Positions 50,555-62,637 of a DNA stretch of 64,000 nucleotides are shown here, piece by piece; the first letter of the stretch is position 1, and each line of letters begins with the position of its first letter. The stretch comes from Podarcis tiliguerta (Eukaryota). The position numbers and the translations under genes are program-made. The notes beneath the pieces were generated by a model that searched no databases, had not been told where the DNA came from, and saw nothing but the letters and a program-made list of their open reading frames with translations. The stretch lies in assembly GCA_965153285.1 (NCBI GenBank), contig OZ229115.1; one strand, written 5' to 3'.

Positions 50555-50923
50555 CCTTAGGACACGGGTGGCGCTGTGGGTAAAAGCCTCAGCGCCTAGG
50601 GCTTGCCGATCAAAAGGTCGGCGGTTCGAATCCCCGCGGCGGGGTGCGCTCCCGTTGTTCGGTCCCAGCGCCTGCCAACCTATCAGTTCAAAAGCACTCC
50701 CAGGTGCAAGTAGATAAATAGAGACCGCTTACTAGCGGGAAGGTAAATGACGTTTCCGTGTGCGGCTCTGGCTCGCCAGAGCAGCGATGTCACGCTGGCC
50801 ACGTGACCCGGAAGTGTCTCCGGACAGAGCTGGCCCCCGGCCTCTTGAGTGAGATGGGCGCACAACCCTAGAGTCTGTCAAAACTGGCCCATATGGGCAG
50901 GGGTACCTTTACCTTTACCTTTT
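50555..50923 (+). mobile_element. Full-length, young Sauria SINE (same subfamily as 23320-23681)
   Basis: Near-identical to the 23320 copy; perfect 13-bp TSD TAGGCCCCAAACC (50542-50554, 50924-50936). Confidence 0.93.
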
Positions 50924-51002
50924 TAGGCCCCAAACCAAGAGAGTTCAAGATGCAAATGCTACTAATGGCCTGAGAAAAATGCAAGAGACTTTAACTGTAG
51001 GA

Positions 51003-51171
51003 CAGGCACGCTGAACTCCCAAGATACTGATCTACTCACAGTATAAAAAACTGGCAGTGATCTACATTGCCATTCGAGGGTGAACCAAAGTTGTCCCAAG
51101 ATTGACCAGGATCAACCAGGGCCACCCCCCAATTGACCAGTAGATCACGATCAACCTGTTGGACATGCCTG
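51003..51171. mobile_element. hAT MITE, 169 bp
   Basis: CAGGCA...TGCCTG termini; 8-bp TSD CT(G/A)TAGGA. Confidence 0.7.
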
Positions 51172-52099
51172 CTATAGGAGATGGGCACATGAAAACAAAG
51201 CACACCATATTTTTCAGATATACTACAATAATGTTCCCATTCTGAAAACCAGCTGCCATTTATTTCACTATATTGAATAAACTTGTACACCTCCAGTGTA
51301 GTTCACACAACAGCCCCCTTTACCTCCCCCCTCAACATCTGAAGTCTCTTTTGTGCTGAAAGCAGTGTAGAGAAAAGCCTGCAAAACTTATCTGCATGCC
51401 AAACTCACAAGAGGCCCACAAAAACAGGAATGGAGGAAGAGCTCTGGGCTGGGTACTTTTAATTACGGAACTGTAGCCTTATAACAATGATCTGGTGAGA
51501 CCAGGCAGGCCACCCCAATAATGGAAATGTGTTTTGCTCCTGTCTTGTGTGTCATTTCATTGATAGTTGCTGCACGTTTAGTTTATCTATTTTGCGTTCT
51601 TAGTAGGCTGAACATTACCCTGGAGGCTTTTAAGGCAAAAATGCCACTAATTCCGCAATCTTAGGCACATTTAAATGAAAGTAAAAATCTACAGATTGCA
51701 AGGTGTCTTATCTCTGAGTAAACATACACAACATTGTGAAGCAAGCTCTTTTCCTACCTATTAGGCTGTGTTTTTACTTTGCTCTAACTGACCCCAGCAC
51801 CATCCTTTCCTTTAGAAAGGTCCAAGCACCTTTCTGTCTCTACACCCCTCTTGCCACAGGTAGATTTTAGGCTGCTGTGGCCCCTTGGAGTATGTCCATC
51901 ACTGGTCACGTTGGTCTGCTTTATTTATTTAGGTCTGCAAGCTTTTATTTTGTGCTCTGCTTGTTAAGTATCAAACGGAGTAACTATAATACTGAAAGTC
52001 TTTATTTACGGATTTACATCTACCTATCTCATTTTGCCTTACTTGAATGCAATTGATGTGTTCCGTAAAGTTGCTTCCCCTTCCCCGAAGATGTTACGT

Positions 52100-52990
52100 A
52101 TTTTGACAGCGACTCCGCTATTGGTTATTACGAGGCGCTTTGGGCGCAGTTCACTGTGTGGGTGGGAAACCAGCATATAAATAAAGGGAACTTTGAAAAG
52201 AAGTCCCACCCGAGGAAAGAAGCCACCTCTTCCTCCCCCGCCCCCGCTCACCGCGCTTGTTCTTGGTGCCGTGTTTGCGGGCCGCCCCCAGCTCCTGCTC
52301 GATCTTCTTCTCCAGGAACTCCTGCTTCTTGCTCAGCATCTCCTCCGTGTCGCGAAGCCGCTGGATGGCCTCCTGGGGGGAAGGCCCCTTGCCGCCGCCC
52401 TTCCCCCCCGTCCCGAACAGCTTGCCCAGCAGCCCCGACATGGCTGGGCCGCAGGCGGAGAAAGCGGCAGCGGAGAAACGGCGGCACCCCGCGACCTCCC
52501 GGTTACGATAGGATCAACCGTGAGGGAGTGAAGCGGGGCCGGCCGAAGACCGCCGGTGCTGAGGTGCTGAGGCAAAACGCCAGGAAAGTGACACCACCTC
52601 CGCCTTCCTCCCGACCGGAGAGGCCCCTCCACCAGCAGCGGCGGCGGCGGCTGTACGGCCTCTCACAGGCCCGAGCCCTCACGGTGACCACTCCCTGACT
52701 GACACACAGATGCCACACACGCAAAGCCCCCGGCACGTCAGCCTCGGCTGCCCCTTGACTGACTCACGGCCTCCCGGTAGGACCGCCCGAGATCTCTCTC
52801 ACGTCACTCCGGGCACCACGGCAACGGCGGCTCCGCCCACAGCCTTCTTCCCCATCCCTCGCTACTCAAGAGGCCGCGAGTATGTAAATAACACGCAAGG
52901 GCTGCCGGTTGCCGTAGTTTTTTCACTCAGAGGATTTCCTCTCGTTCTCTGAGGGTGACGTCACTTGGCGACGCGCGCTCGCACGAGCCT
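52100..52990 (-). promoter_or_regulatory. CHMP4B: CpG-island promoter of CHMP4B
   Basis: Sharp GC/CpG enrichment over exon 1 and upstream; perfect palindromic CRE GTGACGTCAC at 52955-52964; further CACGTCA half-sites near 52734 and 52800. Confidence 0.85.
52252..52441 (-). CDS. CHMP4B: Charged multivesicular body protein 4b (ESCRT-III, Snf7 family), exon 1, 190 bp
   Basis: gccATG Kozak context; MSGLLGKLFGTGGKGGGKGPSPQEAIQRLRDTEEMLSKKQEFLEKKIEQELGAARKHGTKNKR; GTGAG donor; adjacent to ZNF341 as in mammals. Confidence 0.97.
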
Positions 52991-54514
52991 GGGTGTTTTT
53001 TTGTTTTTGTTTTTAACTCTCTCTCTGTGCTCAGTTGAACGCTGGGAGATGTAGTCCTGCCCTCCGCCAAAGCATTAGGAGATGCCCCATACTGGGCCGG
53101 CCCTACCATGAGGGAGAGAGGGGCAGGTGCAGGGAGGGGAGAGCCATAGTTATGAGAGCCATGTGCTGGGGAAGACACTGTCCAGTTCACCAGTATTGTA
53201 GTAAGATTCAACCACCAGTTTGTGGCCTTGGGGAAAGGTGCCACCTCGTCCTTCGCCTCAGGTAGCTGATATCTTGAGCCACCCCTGAGCCCACATGTTG
53301 AACCTTTCGGAGCCTCTAATAGTGACTTGCTTGAATGGTGGGTTTGGATGTGGGCCGATATTAAGTGACCTTGAGCAAGTCAGTTTCTCTTACCTAACCT
53401 ACTTCATGGGGTTGTTGTGGGACTAAAATGCAACTCTCAGCACTTTGGAGGATACACTGTAATAAATGATACAAAGTAATAAATGATAACAGCAGCAGAA
53501 ATAAAACATCATTGTTAAAGATTGTACTTGAAATGCCAGGTGACTCGGGCTCAGGCATGAAGCTTTTCCAAATACAGTACATTTGTTTTTCTGAGGTTCG
53601 TGGTCTGAATTTAGGTAGCCTGGCTATGGCAAAACTTGAAAAATGTAACATCAGTTCTATGGGTGGGTGAGGATGTTGTTTTAGTGAGGATGTTGTTAAT
53701 TGATAAAACTGTTTAGTTAAACTTTCCCTGCTCTCGCCTCTGTCTCTCGCGTTCCTTCTCCAATTCTTCATTAGGCATTGTTGATTACACAGAATTGAGC
53801 AAGAATTGCTCATTATTTTTCTCTGCCCTTCTTCACAATGCAGTCACTAGCTGCCTATACACTTGCATTTCGGTATGTATCCTTTTATATGAGGTTGCTG
53901 CTCATCATATGCTAATTCTAGTAAGTGTATGAGGGAAAGCTCAAATTTTAACTGGACCATGATATTTGTGCAGAACTGCGTCCCTTTTCTAAATACATCA
54001 GAGTCATAGGATGTTTCCGTTAGGAGCATTTATGAATGACATTTCCAAATGGAGAACATAATGGACTTACTCCCAGTACGAAGGATTGTTTGCTTACAGC
54101 TGGAAAGACAAATTGTCCAGATACAGGGTATTGCAAATTTCAGAAAATAATTACAAATGGGGTGCACTACAATTAAAAATAAATAATCAGGTCTTGTATG
54201 TTATTTCAATGTTCTGTATTGTGTTTCTCACTGGATTCAGGAATCATCATAAATTAGGTTAACCAATAAGCATCTTTCAAAGAAAAGCATGCAACCATAC
54301 CTTTCAGTGCTCCGCATGATTAATTCATCTGGATAAGGGAAGGTACTCTCAGTTTTATCAACAAAATTCTTTATGAATGCTGATCACTGCATCATGGCAG
54401 CTGAAACATACACGCACACATACACATTCCATTCATTTCCAATCTTCTGCAGCAGCATATCTCCATCAAACAGCAGAGGAATTATTTCCCCCATTAAGTC
54501 ACAGTACTACTTAG

Positions 54515-55038
54515 TTATTCAGTAGCCTGAATGTAAACAGGGACTGCTAGCATGGCGCATGGGCTCTCCGATCCAGGCTGCAACTCGGCCAGAGCAAGGT
54601 TGGATGGAATGCCACTGCATTGGGTAGGGTTGCCAAGATCAGAGTCTGTTGCTGACACGGCCGTTGATCTGCCAACCACAATGGACAGGACTGTGTCAGA
54701 CACAGGAAACTGTTCTTTATTGGGACCACCTTTCTGAGGGTTTCCTCCATCTGTGCTGTCTTTCAGTTCTGTCAAGGTCAACTGAGCTGAAACAGGAAGC
54801 CCCACTTTCCGCCCACGAGTCCCCCACTTCTTCTGGGATTTTCTGACTGGCAGCTCTTTGTCCTTGGCTGAACTCAGTCTACACTTGTGGTCCTTCATGT
54901 ACTTTTGGCGTGTAAAGCCTTTGCTACATGTAGGGCAGCGGTATTTATAGTTTCCAGTGTGAGAGCGCTGGTGTTCCACCATGTGAGCTCGCCGGCTGAA
55001 GGCCTTGCTGCAGTATTGGCACTTGTGGATCTTCATCC
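54515..55038 (-). CDS. ZNF341: ZNF341 terminal coding exon, 524 bp including TAA
   Basis: GMKIHKCQYCSKAFSRRAHMVEHQRSHTGNYKYRCPTCSKGF...CAMLAVPVYIQATE*; C-terminus characteristic of ZNF341. Confidence 0.95.
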
Positions 55039-55110
55039 CTAAATCAAGAAGAACACAACAGTTGCAAAAGGGCTCATGGACTAGGAACGTAAAGAGAGCC
55101 CTGCCAGGTC

Positions 55111-55264
55111 AGAACAAAGGCCTAGCTAGTCCAGGATCCTGTTTCCCATAAAGAGCCTCAGACATATTCTTGAGCTACACTGTCCCCGCCCTTACCTGCA
55201 GCTGAGAAACAAAAAAACAAAAAAGAACAAAGGCCTAGCTAGTCCAGGATCCTGTTTCCCATAA
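55111..55264. repeat. A-B-A structure: 73-bp copy of 55624-55696 flanked by a 41-bp direct duplication
   Basis: 55111-55151 = 55224-55264; 55151-55223 = 55624-55696 with one mismatch. Confidence 0.95.
55196..55201 (-). CDS. ZNF341: Duplicated copy of the candidate 6-nt microexon
   Basis: Same acceptor-CTGCAG-GTAAG unit inside the 73-bp duplication 55151-55223. Confidence 0.3.
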
Positions 55265-55668
55265 TGGCTAATCAGATTCCAATAACCAGGACAAGAGGAT
55301 GATGGCACCCTTCCACTGTAGATTCCTAGTAACTGCTATATGGCAGAATGGTACCTCTTATCTTGAAAGTTGTACATAGCCATCATGATTGGTAGGCATT
55401 GATAGCCTTATCCTCCATGAAGTTAGCTAATCCCTTTCTAAAGCTATACAAGTTAGTGGCTATCACCAAATTCTGTGGAAGCCACTATGCGTTCTGTGAA
55501 GTAGTTCTTTATGTCTGTCCTGAATATCCCACCATTCAACTTTATCTATCTACTCTTTATACATCAAGCATAATTTTATACACCCTTTATTTCCGCTGCC
55601 TTATTCACCTCTTTTCTAAACTGAAGAGCCTCAGACATATTCTTGAGCTACACTGTTCCCGCCCTTAC

Positions 55669-55674
55669 CTGCAG
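55669..55674 (-). CDS. ZNF341: Candidate 6-nt alternative microexon (CTGCAG; adds Ala-Ala), original copy
   Basis: Minus strand tttttgtttttttgtttctcAG|CTGCAG|GTAAGG, with branch-like CCTAAT upstream; preserves frame in a phase-1 intron; no transcript evidence. Confidence 0.5.
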
Positions 55675-55750
55675 CTGAGAAACAAAAAAACAAAAATATC
55701 ACTGTGGTTCAATAATTAGGTGAGTGAAGAAAATTAAATGAACCTGTTTA

Positions 55751-55885
<135 letters not shown>

Positions 55886-56807
55886 TTATTTAATCAGATG
55901 TTGAATGATACAGATAGGAGTCTCAGATGTAGTTCTGTTTCAGCAGTGTGCAAGTAATGCTGGGTGTTTCTTATGATTTAAAATAGCAGAACAATCACCA
56001 GAGCTTTCTGATCTCCTTGTCATGGTACCAAAAGAAGAAGAAGAAAGCCTGCATAACATTGCAGATCAAATTGACCCGACAACTGAAAAATGCTTTTTGC
56101 TGTTTTTGCCTTTTGCATAGCTTTTGGAAAACTGGACTACTGAAAAAGAAATGCAAGTATTGTGCCAATAAAGAGCTGCAAGTTTATCCTTAATTGAAGA
56201 GTTGGAAGGAACCAAAATGACCCATCAGATCTAACCCTCCATCATCCTGCCAATTCATACCAAATATAAAGCAAATACATTAAAGCTGCATTCTGTTAAG
56301 ATGCCTGTGCAGCCAATGACTCAAGCAAATAAGCCAAACGAGCCACAAAAGGGAGAGGCAAAACCAAGTAAACCCCTTTTTGCTCTAAGCAGAAGTATGG
56401 CTTGCATGATAACAAAGTTCATTGAATTGAGTATGGGCCGGGGGGAGGTTTAACCAGAAGTCTGTGTCTAAGCACCCTATGCAATGTGTGATGATGCCAT
56501 CTAGAAGTGCCTTTAGAATTGCAAGGCACCACAATTGTCTGCCTAGCTCTTTCATTTCTAAACTGCCTTCCAATGAACAATGAAAAGAGAGAATGTGGTT
56601 AATCAGAAGAGGTAACAACTGCACAGAGACAAGATCCCAGAGCCAGTAAAATCAGAAGGCTTTTTCCCCTCCAAAAAGGCTATTCCCTATTCAAAAGGCC
56701 CTATGTTAGCCTATAAACAGAAACTAATCAAAGATGAATTACACTTTACATCTAATGGCTGCAAAGCCAGTGCCATTACTGGCTGCTGTTGAAAACATGA
56801 TACTTAC

Positions 56808-56919
56808 GAGAAGGGGCATTTATATTTCTTGAAAGGCTCATGGATCAGCATATGCCGTTTGAGTTTATCTTTCCTGTTGAAGGCTGAGTCACACACAGAG
56901 CATTTAAAAGGCTTTTCAC
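56808..56919 (-). CDS. ZNF341: ZNF341 exon, 112 bp
   Basis: [37 protein letters not shown](S); phase 1 to 2; GTAAG donor. Confidence 0.94.
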
Positions 56920-57259
56920 CTGTGTAGTACAGAGACATAAACTCAGCAAGGGAGTTGCAGGCTAAGCTTGGCTTACAGATATTCTAATATCCCTTGCTTT
57001 GGCTGAGCTACAGAAAACAGATGCAGCAGAACCAGGCTCTTAAGTTCCCAAAGATCTCTCATCTATTTCTCCCTGTTGGCCACAATCCTTGAGAGTCATA
57101 TGCCTGGATGTTAACTACTGAGAACTGTGTAGGCAGTTGGATGCATTTTAAACAGTTTCAATACTACATCTGGTGTTAACAGAGAAGTCACATTTCTGCA
57201 TAAAACTTGCCTGTTTGTTCATCCAGGTGATCAGTTGCATATACAGTGACCTCCTAACC

Positions 57260-57506
57260 CATGGGTAGGCAAACTAAGGCCCAAGATCCGGATCCAGCCC
57301 AACTGCCTCCTAAATCCGGCCCATGGACAGTCTAGGAATCAGTGTGTTTTTACATAAGTAGAATGTGTGCTTTTATTTAAAATGCATCTCTGGGTTATTT
57401 GTGGGACATAGGAATTCGTTCTTCTTTTTCAAAATATAGTCCAGCCCCCCATAAGGTCTGAGAGACAGTGGACTGGTCCCCTGCTGAAAAAGTTTGCTGA
57501 CCCCAG
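57260..57506. mobile_element. hAT (Charlie-like) MITE, 247 bp
   Basis: CATGGGTAGGCAAACT...AGTTTGCTGACCCCAG imperfect TIRs; perfect 8-bp TSD TCCTAACC. Confidence 0.88.
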
Positions 57507-57712
57507 TCCTAACCAATAGTTGCTGGCTGCAGCTATTCAAACAGCTAAGTGAAATGCAAACAATAAAATAATGACTATAAGGGGAGGGGTCTGAATGACT
57601 TTAAAATAATGGGCTTACATTACGAAGCAGGTTGCTGATCATCACTAGAAATGGTAGCAGCACACCCCAAAGAATGAATGGGTTCAACATGCAGGAAAGC
57701 AGTACTGTGCTA

Positions 57713-57877
<165 letters not shown>

Positions 57878-58360
57878 CTAAGAGCACAGCCATCTGGAAG
57901 GGCAGCAGCCCTTACTCCTGGGCTAAGGGCACACGTTTTTCTAAATGACGCTCACCATAAAAGCGTGCAGTGCAACTCTCATCCGGAGAGAACGATGACT
58001 TAACAGATCTCGGAGATGCTCTTTTACTTATAATTGCATGGTCAATTCCTGCAGGTCCAAATATGGGAGGAAGAGTCATAGGACAGAACACACCTTGTTA
58101 ACCAGGGGCAATGTGGCCCATGCTTAGCTCCTGTGACAGTGCAAATATTGCACAGGTCAACTGGACATTAGCATGCATCCAATATGCAACCTCAACCTTT
58201 CAGTAGGCAGTCTTGGATAAATCTATTTTCTCAGCCTAGCAGATCTCACAAAGATAGGGTAGAAAAGAAGTCTGCACAAATAAATAAGAGGTCATAGGGA
58301 AAATAGCTAATAAAACCACCAATGGCCCAAAAGAGTAAATTGACTTCGTCAAGGCCATCA

Positions 58361-58498
<138 letters not shown>

Positions 58499-58587
58499 TT
58501 AGAGGACTAGGGTCCAATTTTAGTATGCATTGATATTTATTACGAATATTATTAAAGAAGAAAATGAGACAATTTATAACCTTGAGT

Positions 58588-58800
58588 CCCCAGTGTGGTG
58601 TAGTGACTAAGAGTGCTTGACTTAGGCACAGGAGATCTGGGTTAAAATCTCTGCTCAGCCAGACACCAGTCAGTAACTAACTCCCTGCCTAACCTACTTT
58701 ACAGAACTGGGAGGTTGATTGCAAGGCTAAAGGAATGGGGAAGGACCAGGTGCTTTGCTTTGAAAAGTGCTGGGATTAAAACTGTAATAAACAGATAAAT
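58588..58800 (+). mobile_element. Old tRNA/CORE-type SINE
   Basis: ccagtgtggtgtagtgactaagagt A-box head; cctaacctac CORE-like segment. Confidence 0.55.
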
Positions 58801-59613
58801 CACTTCCTCCTAATTTTCAGTTCAAAGCTGTCCCCCGCTCCCGCATTGCTTAACTGAGGTAATTTAATCTTTAAAACAATGGAGGCAGGTGGAGTGGATT
58901 GGGGGATGGAGAGCTTAAAGAAAACTTGTTCTTGTACCCCCAAGTTGACCATTGACACCAGAGCTCCCAAAAATATCTGAGTAAAGCCTAGTCACCTTTT
59001 ATAATTATCTGAGAACTTTCAAGACCTGAGGGCCATATTTTATTCTCAAAATGTTCTCTAATCTGTGACTAGTGACAATGACTTAATTCAATGGCCTAAA
59101 AATCCTTTATTTCATATGGACAGTGTGCAATTTCTGTTTCTGTAAGTGGTTTTGCTTTGAGAATCTTTTCTAAATCACTTTGAGAGCCTCTTGGGGCAAC
59201 AAAGTGAGGTGTAAGAATTTTAAATAAATAAACAAAGATGCAACAGTTTGTCAGTACAGAATTAGTACAAGCTTCAAACAACAGAGATTAATAGCTTCTG
59301 CTTCTAGTTTTTAGAAAACCAGAGTTTTGCTATTCCATCAGAATTGCAACAAACTATAGTTTACTTACTCTCAAACCAAAATCCCAAACCACAGTTTCAT
59401 CTGATATGTTTCATCTACCTACCTAAACATTGCACCAGTGAGATCTACCTACTTAAACTATTCAATCAAAAATAGTCTCTAAGTCATCACTTGACTGCTA
59501 CAAACATGTTAACTGTTTGCCCTGACAATAACAAAATTAAGCTTAAAGTCAAAAGGTATAATTGCTCCCTCCAAACATAGACAGAAAAAGCACTTTCCCA
59601 ACAACTACTGTAC

Positions 59614-59822
59614 TTGTAAATGGCAATGTCCTTCTTGGGACTGTGTTGAGGGAGCAAGCTGTGGGAATACTGATGGACACCCAGTTCATAAAGGGAGGGG
59701 AAGTCCTTGCTGCAAAGGTGACAACGGTAGCTCAGCTCCTCCTGATGGTTCTTGATGTGCTCCAAGAAGGAATCCAGCTTCTGGAATGTTTGAGCACAAC
59801 TTTTCACAACACACTTGTAAAC
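59614..59822 (-). CDS. ZNF341: ZNF341 exon, 209 bp
   Basis: [54 protein letters not shown]...AIY(K); phase 0 to 2. Confidence 0.94.
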
Positions 59823-60139
59823 CTGCACATTAATGGTGATAGGAGAATGATTAGACCGGTAACCCTTATCATCATGAAAACAAGCAAACCCTAGTGTACT
59901 GCGAGAAATAAAATAATAAATGTAATTAAAGATTCTTGTATACTCCTATAAAGGAGGTTGCCTCCTCAATCTCTGAATGATTTATTATTCTAAACTCTCT
60001 TTCCAAGCATGCTATACTGATGGTGGGCAGAGGCTCGTTCAGTTAGAGAGAGCACAGAATGACCTACCCTTAGAGGGAGGCTACAGGTTGTATCTCTGTA
60101 TGAGTTACTAGTCTCGATTTGCCTCCTTCAAGTCAGGGG

Positions 60140-60295
60140 ACATAGAAAGATGCCTTCTTCCAAGTCAAACCAGACTGATCTAGATTAGCACTGTCTATAC
60201 TGACTGAGAGTAGTTCTTTGGGGGTTCAGACTTTCCCAGCAATACCTAGAGATGCCAGGGATTGAACCTGAGATCATCTGCATGCAAAGTATGCA
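60140..60295 (-). mobile_element. Squam3-like SINE, degenerate
   Basis: gagatgccagggattgaacctgag...ctgcatgcaaag, the reverse of the tRNA head. Confidence 0.6.
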
Positions 60296-60827
60296 TGAGG
60301 ACACATCCAAGACAGTGGCTCAGGCAGACATAAATGAGATGGACTTTTTTGCAGGCAGGTAATTCTTACACTAAAACAAACCTTTTGGGGGAGGGGTATC
60401 AAAAGGTACCTAAGCTATAAGAAATTTAGTGAGCAATCGTTTAGCTTTGCTGTGCTTTTCCTACCCAGAAGCTTGGATAGGAATAGAGTGTATTGTCTGC
60501 AGGAGGGCTGCAGATCAGTTGTACAAAAAAACATTTCTGTGTGCATAGTGTCTCAGGTTCCATCTCTAGCATCTTTGGCTGAAGCATTTCTGAGCCTTTG
60601 CCAGCCAGGCAAGATTTTACTAGACTAGACTGATCATTGGTCTGACTCAATAAAGAAATCAACATTCTGTGCCAAATTAGCCTGCATTTTGCACAAAGAA
60701 AAACTGGGTCCTATCACCTTTGTCCTTTATGCAAATTTTGTGCATCCATTTCTTACTTCTGTAAGTCAGAGATCGGTAAAGAGTTTAGCAGTGCGGGGGG
60801 AAGTCATCCTTTGACTTTGGCACCCAC

Positions 60828-61021
60828 CTGTTCATGTTTGTGTTGGGTCATGTGGGATTTCAACTGGAAATATGTGCAGAATTTGTTGGGGCAGAACTGG
60901 CACTGGTAAGAACTGTCTATCAAGACCACTTGCTTAGCTTCCAGTTTGCAAGCCTCATGCTCTTCTGCAGGAGGCATGACCTGTGGCTGTGGGGGGCTGC
61001 TTCTGGGAACCGCGTTCAAAC
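60828..61021 (-). CDS. ZNF341: ZNF341 exon, 194 bp
   Basis: [14 protein letters not shown]...[32 protein letters not shown]; AG/GT; phase 1 to 0. Confidence 0.92.
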
Positions 61022-62446
61022 CTGGAGGAAATAGCCAAGACAAATATATATTAGAGGTTCAGCTTAGGGAGTTACTAGAGTTGTTGTTGCTGTTGTTATT
61101 CTAATTATAAGAACATACAACCAAGGTCAGCCGTGCATTTTCGTACAATACCCTATCACTCATCTCAAATCACAGCCAGCCAGCTCTCCCTTCCAAAATG
61201 CAAAGCCGGGGGCAGGGGAGGTCAGCTTCTCTTCGTCTTCCCTTCCCTGTGCTTTTCACTTAATATGCATTATCATTAAGGAGTGAGATCTCCGCTCTGG
61301 GTATTTTAGAGTTTAAATGACAGAGGAACTTGCTGATCAAAGCTCTAGTTCTTGGCAAGGTTAATGTGGGCCTGGACTGTACCGCTTCAAACTGCAGGTG
61401 AGAGCTCACATGATTGAATGACCCTCAATACAACAAACCTGATGCCAGGAAGGATTATTAGCTCTGAAATACCTGTTTTCTATGTGACATATAGAAACTG
61501 TAGTTTGAAGTGGGCATAACCTAGATACACATTTATTGCATCTGTGATAACTAGGTCAAGATCTACCCTTGGTTGGCGAGAGGAGATAGTACAGTGGGAA
61601 GACCAAATGTCATTCTCTGCCAGCTAGTCCAATTAGGTTCACTGTAATTTGCAGCCAGTATTCACCGAGTTCATTTTGCACTTTCAGACTTGTTACACAT
61701 GTAGCTGATCCCTTCTGTTTTGGTAAACCCATCTATAGCTGGGATGGGAATGCCCTTCCCACCCAACTAAATAGCTGACAAGGTGGGAAAGAGATTGGCT
61801 AGACAGGATGGCAAATTGCCATCTGAAGTCTGGCTCAGGGCAAAGTAACTGGACCATCATGTACAAATGATTTGGAGTGCAAGGCTCAACTAATTCCTTA
61901 AGATCAACCATGGCTAGTACCAGGGATATTTAGGATGTCAGCTTGCAATACATGAAGTCACTGGCTAAACAGGCTCTGTTCCATGGATAGTTCTCACATG
62001 AAGCAACTAAATCTTAGGAATAAACCATGTGCTTCGCAAGTACAATATACTGACTAGCATCCCTTCACCTGCCCCATGTCTGGGGATTCATGATCCCTAT
62101 CTAAACACATCCAAACAAGGTCAGAGACAAAGAATTATGGATTTGTCTCCTACTGCCAGATCCCACTACTGTGCAAAGCTTTCAAATTAGGAGGGCTGGG
62201 GCAGGGGAGAGATAACATGGATGGAGAACACAAAATAATGGATTGTGACCCAGTTATAGCTTGAAAACCTGGTCCCTACATTCATGATCCAATAAATTTT
62301 GAAGTCGGTAGTACACATAAATCTACTCTCCAATCCTTCCTAGTCCCAGGGACCAAGACAGGTAGAAGCAAGTAGAAGCACAATTATTCAGAGGTTTGGG
62401 GAGCAGGTCACCAGTCAACTGGCCATCCCACCAGTAAGTAATGCAC

Positions 62447-62637
62447 CTGCATTCTCCTCATCCTCCTGCTGGTTGGGGTTGAGTGCCATGACTTGCACAG
62501 TGACAGAGCTCCGAGAGATGGTACACCCAATTCCTGGTGGCCACACCTTATGCGTCTGCATATGCTTTTTCACGTTGGACTTTTGGGCGAAGGCACGACC
62601 ACATACGATGCACTGGAATGGCTTCTCCCCTGTGTGA
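62447..62637 (-). CDS. ZNF341: ZNF341 exon, 191 bp
   Basis: ttttccttcAG acceptor; [35 protein letters not shown]...EEDEENA; GT donor; phase 2 to 1. Confidence 0.93.

Larger units (their letters stand above)
55082..55640 (-). mobile_element. Old CR1 3' fragment in the last ZNF341 intron
   Basis: aaaggcctagctagtccag...; cattgatagccttatcctccatgaa...taatccctttctaaagc; cataattttatacacc...cttttctaaact. Confidence 0.7.

Noticed and set aside
52156-52698. 180-aa plus-strand ORF and other overlapping ORFs at CHMP4B exon 1
   Set aside because: By-product of the stop-poor CpG island; low-complexity R/P/A sequence with no recognisable domain
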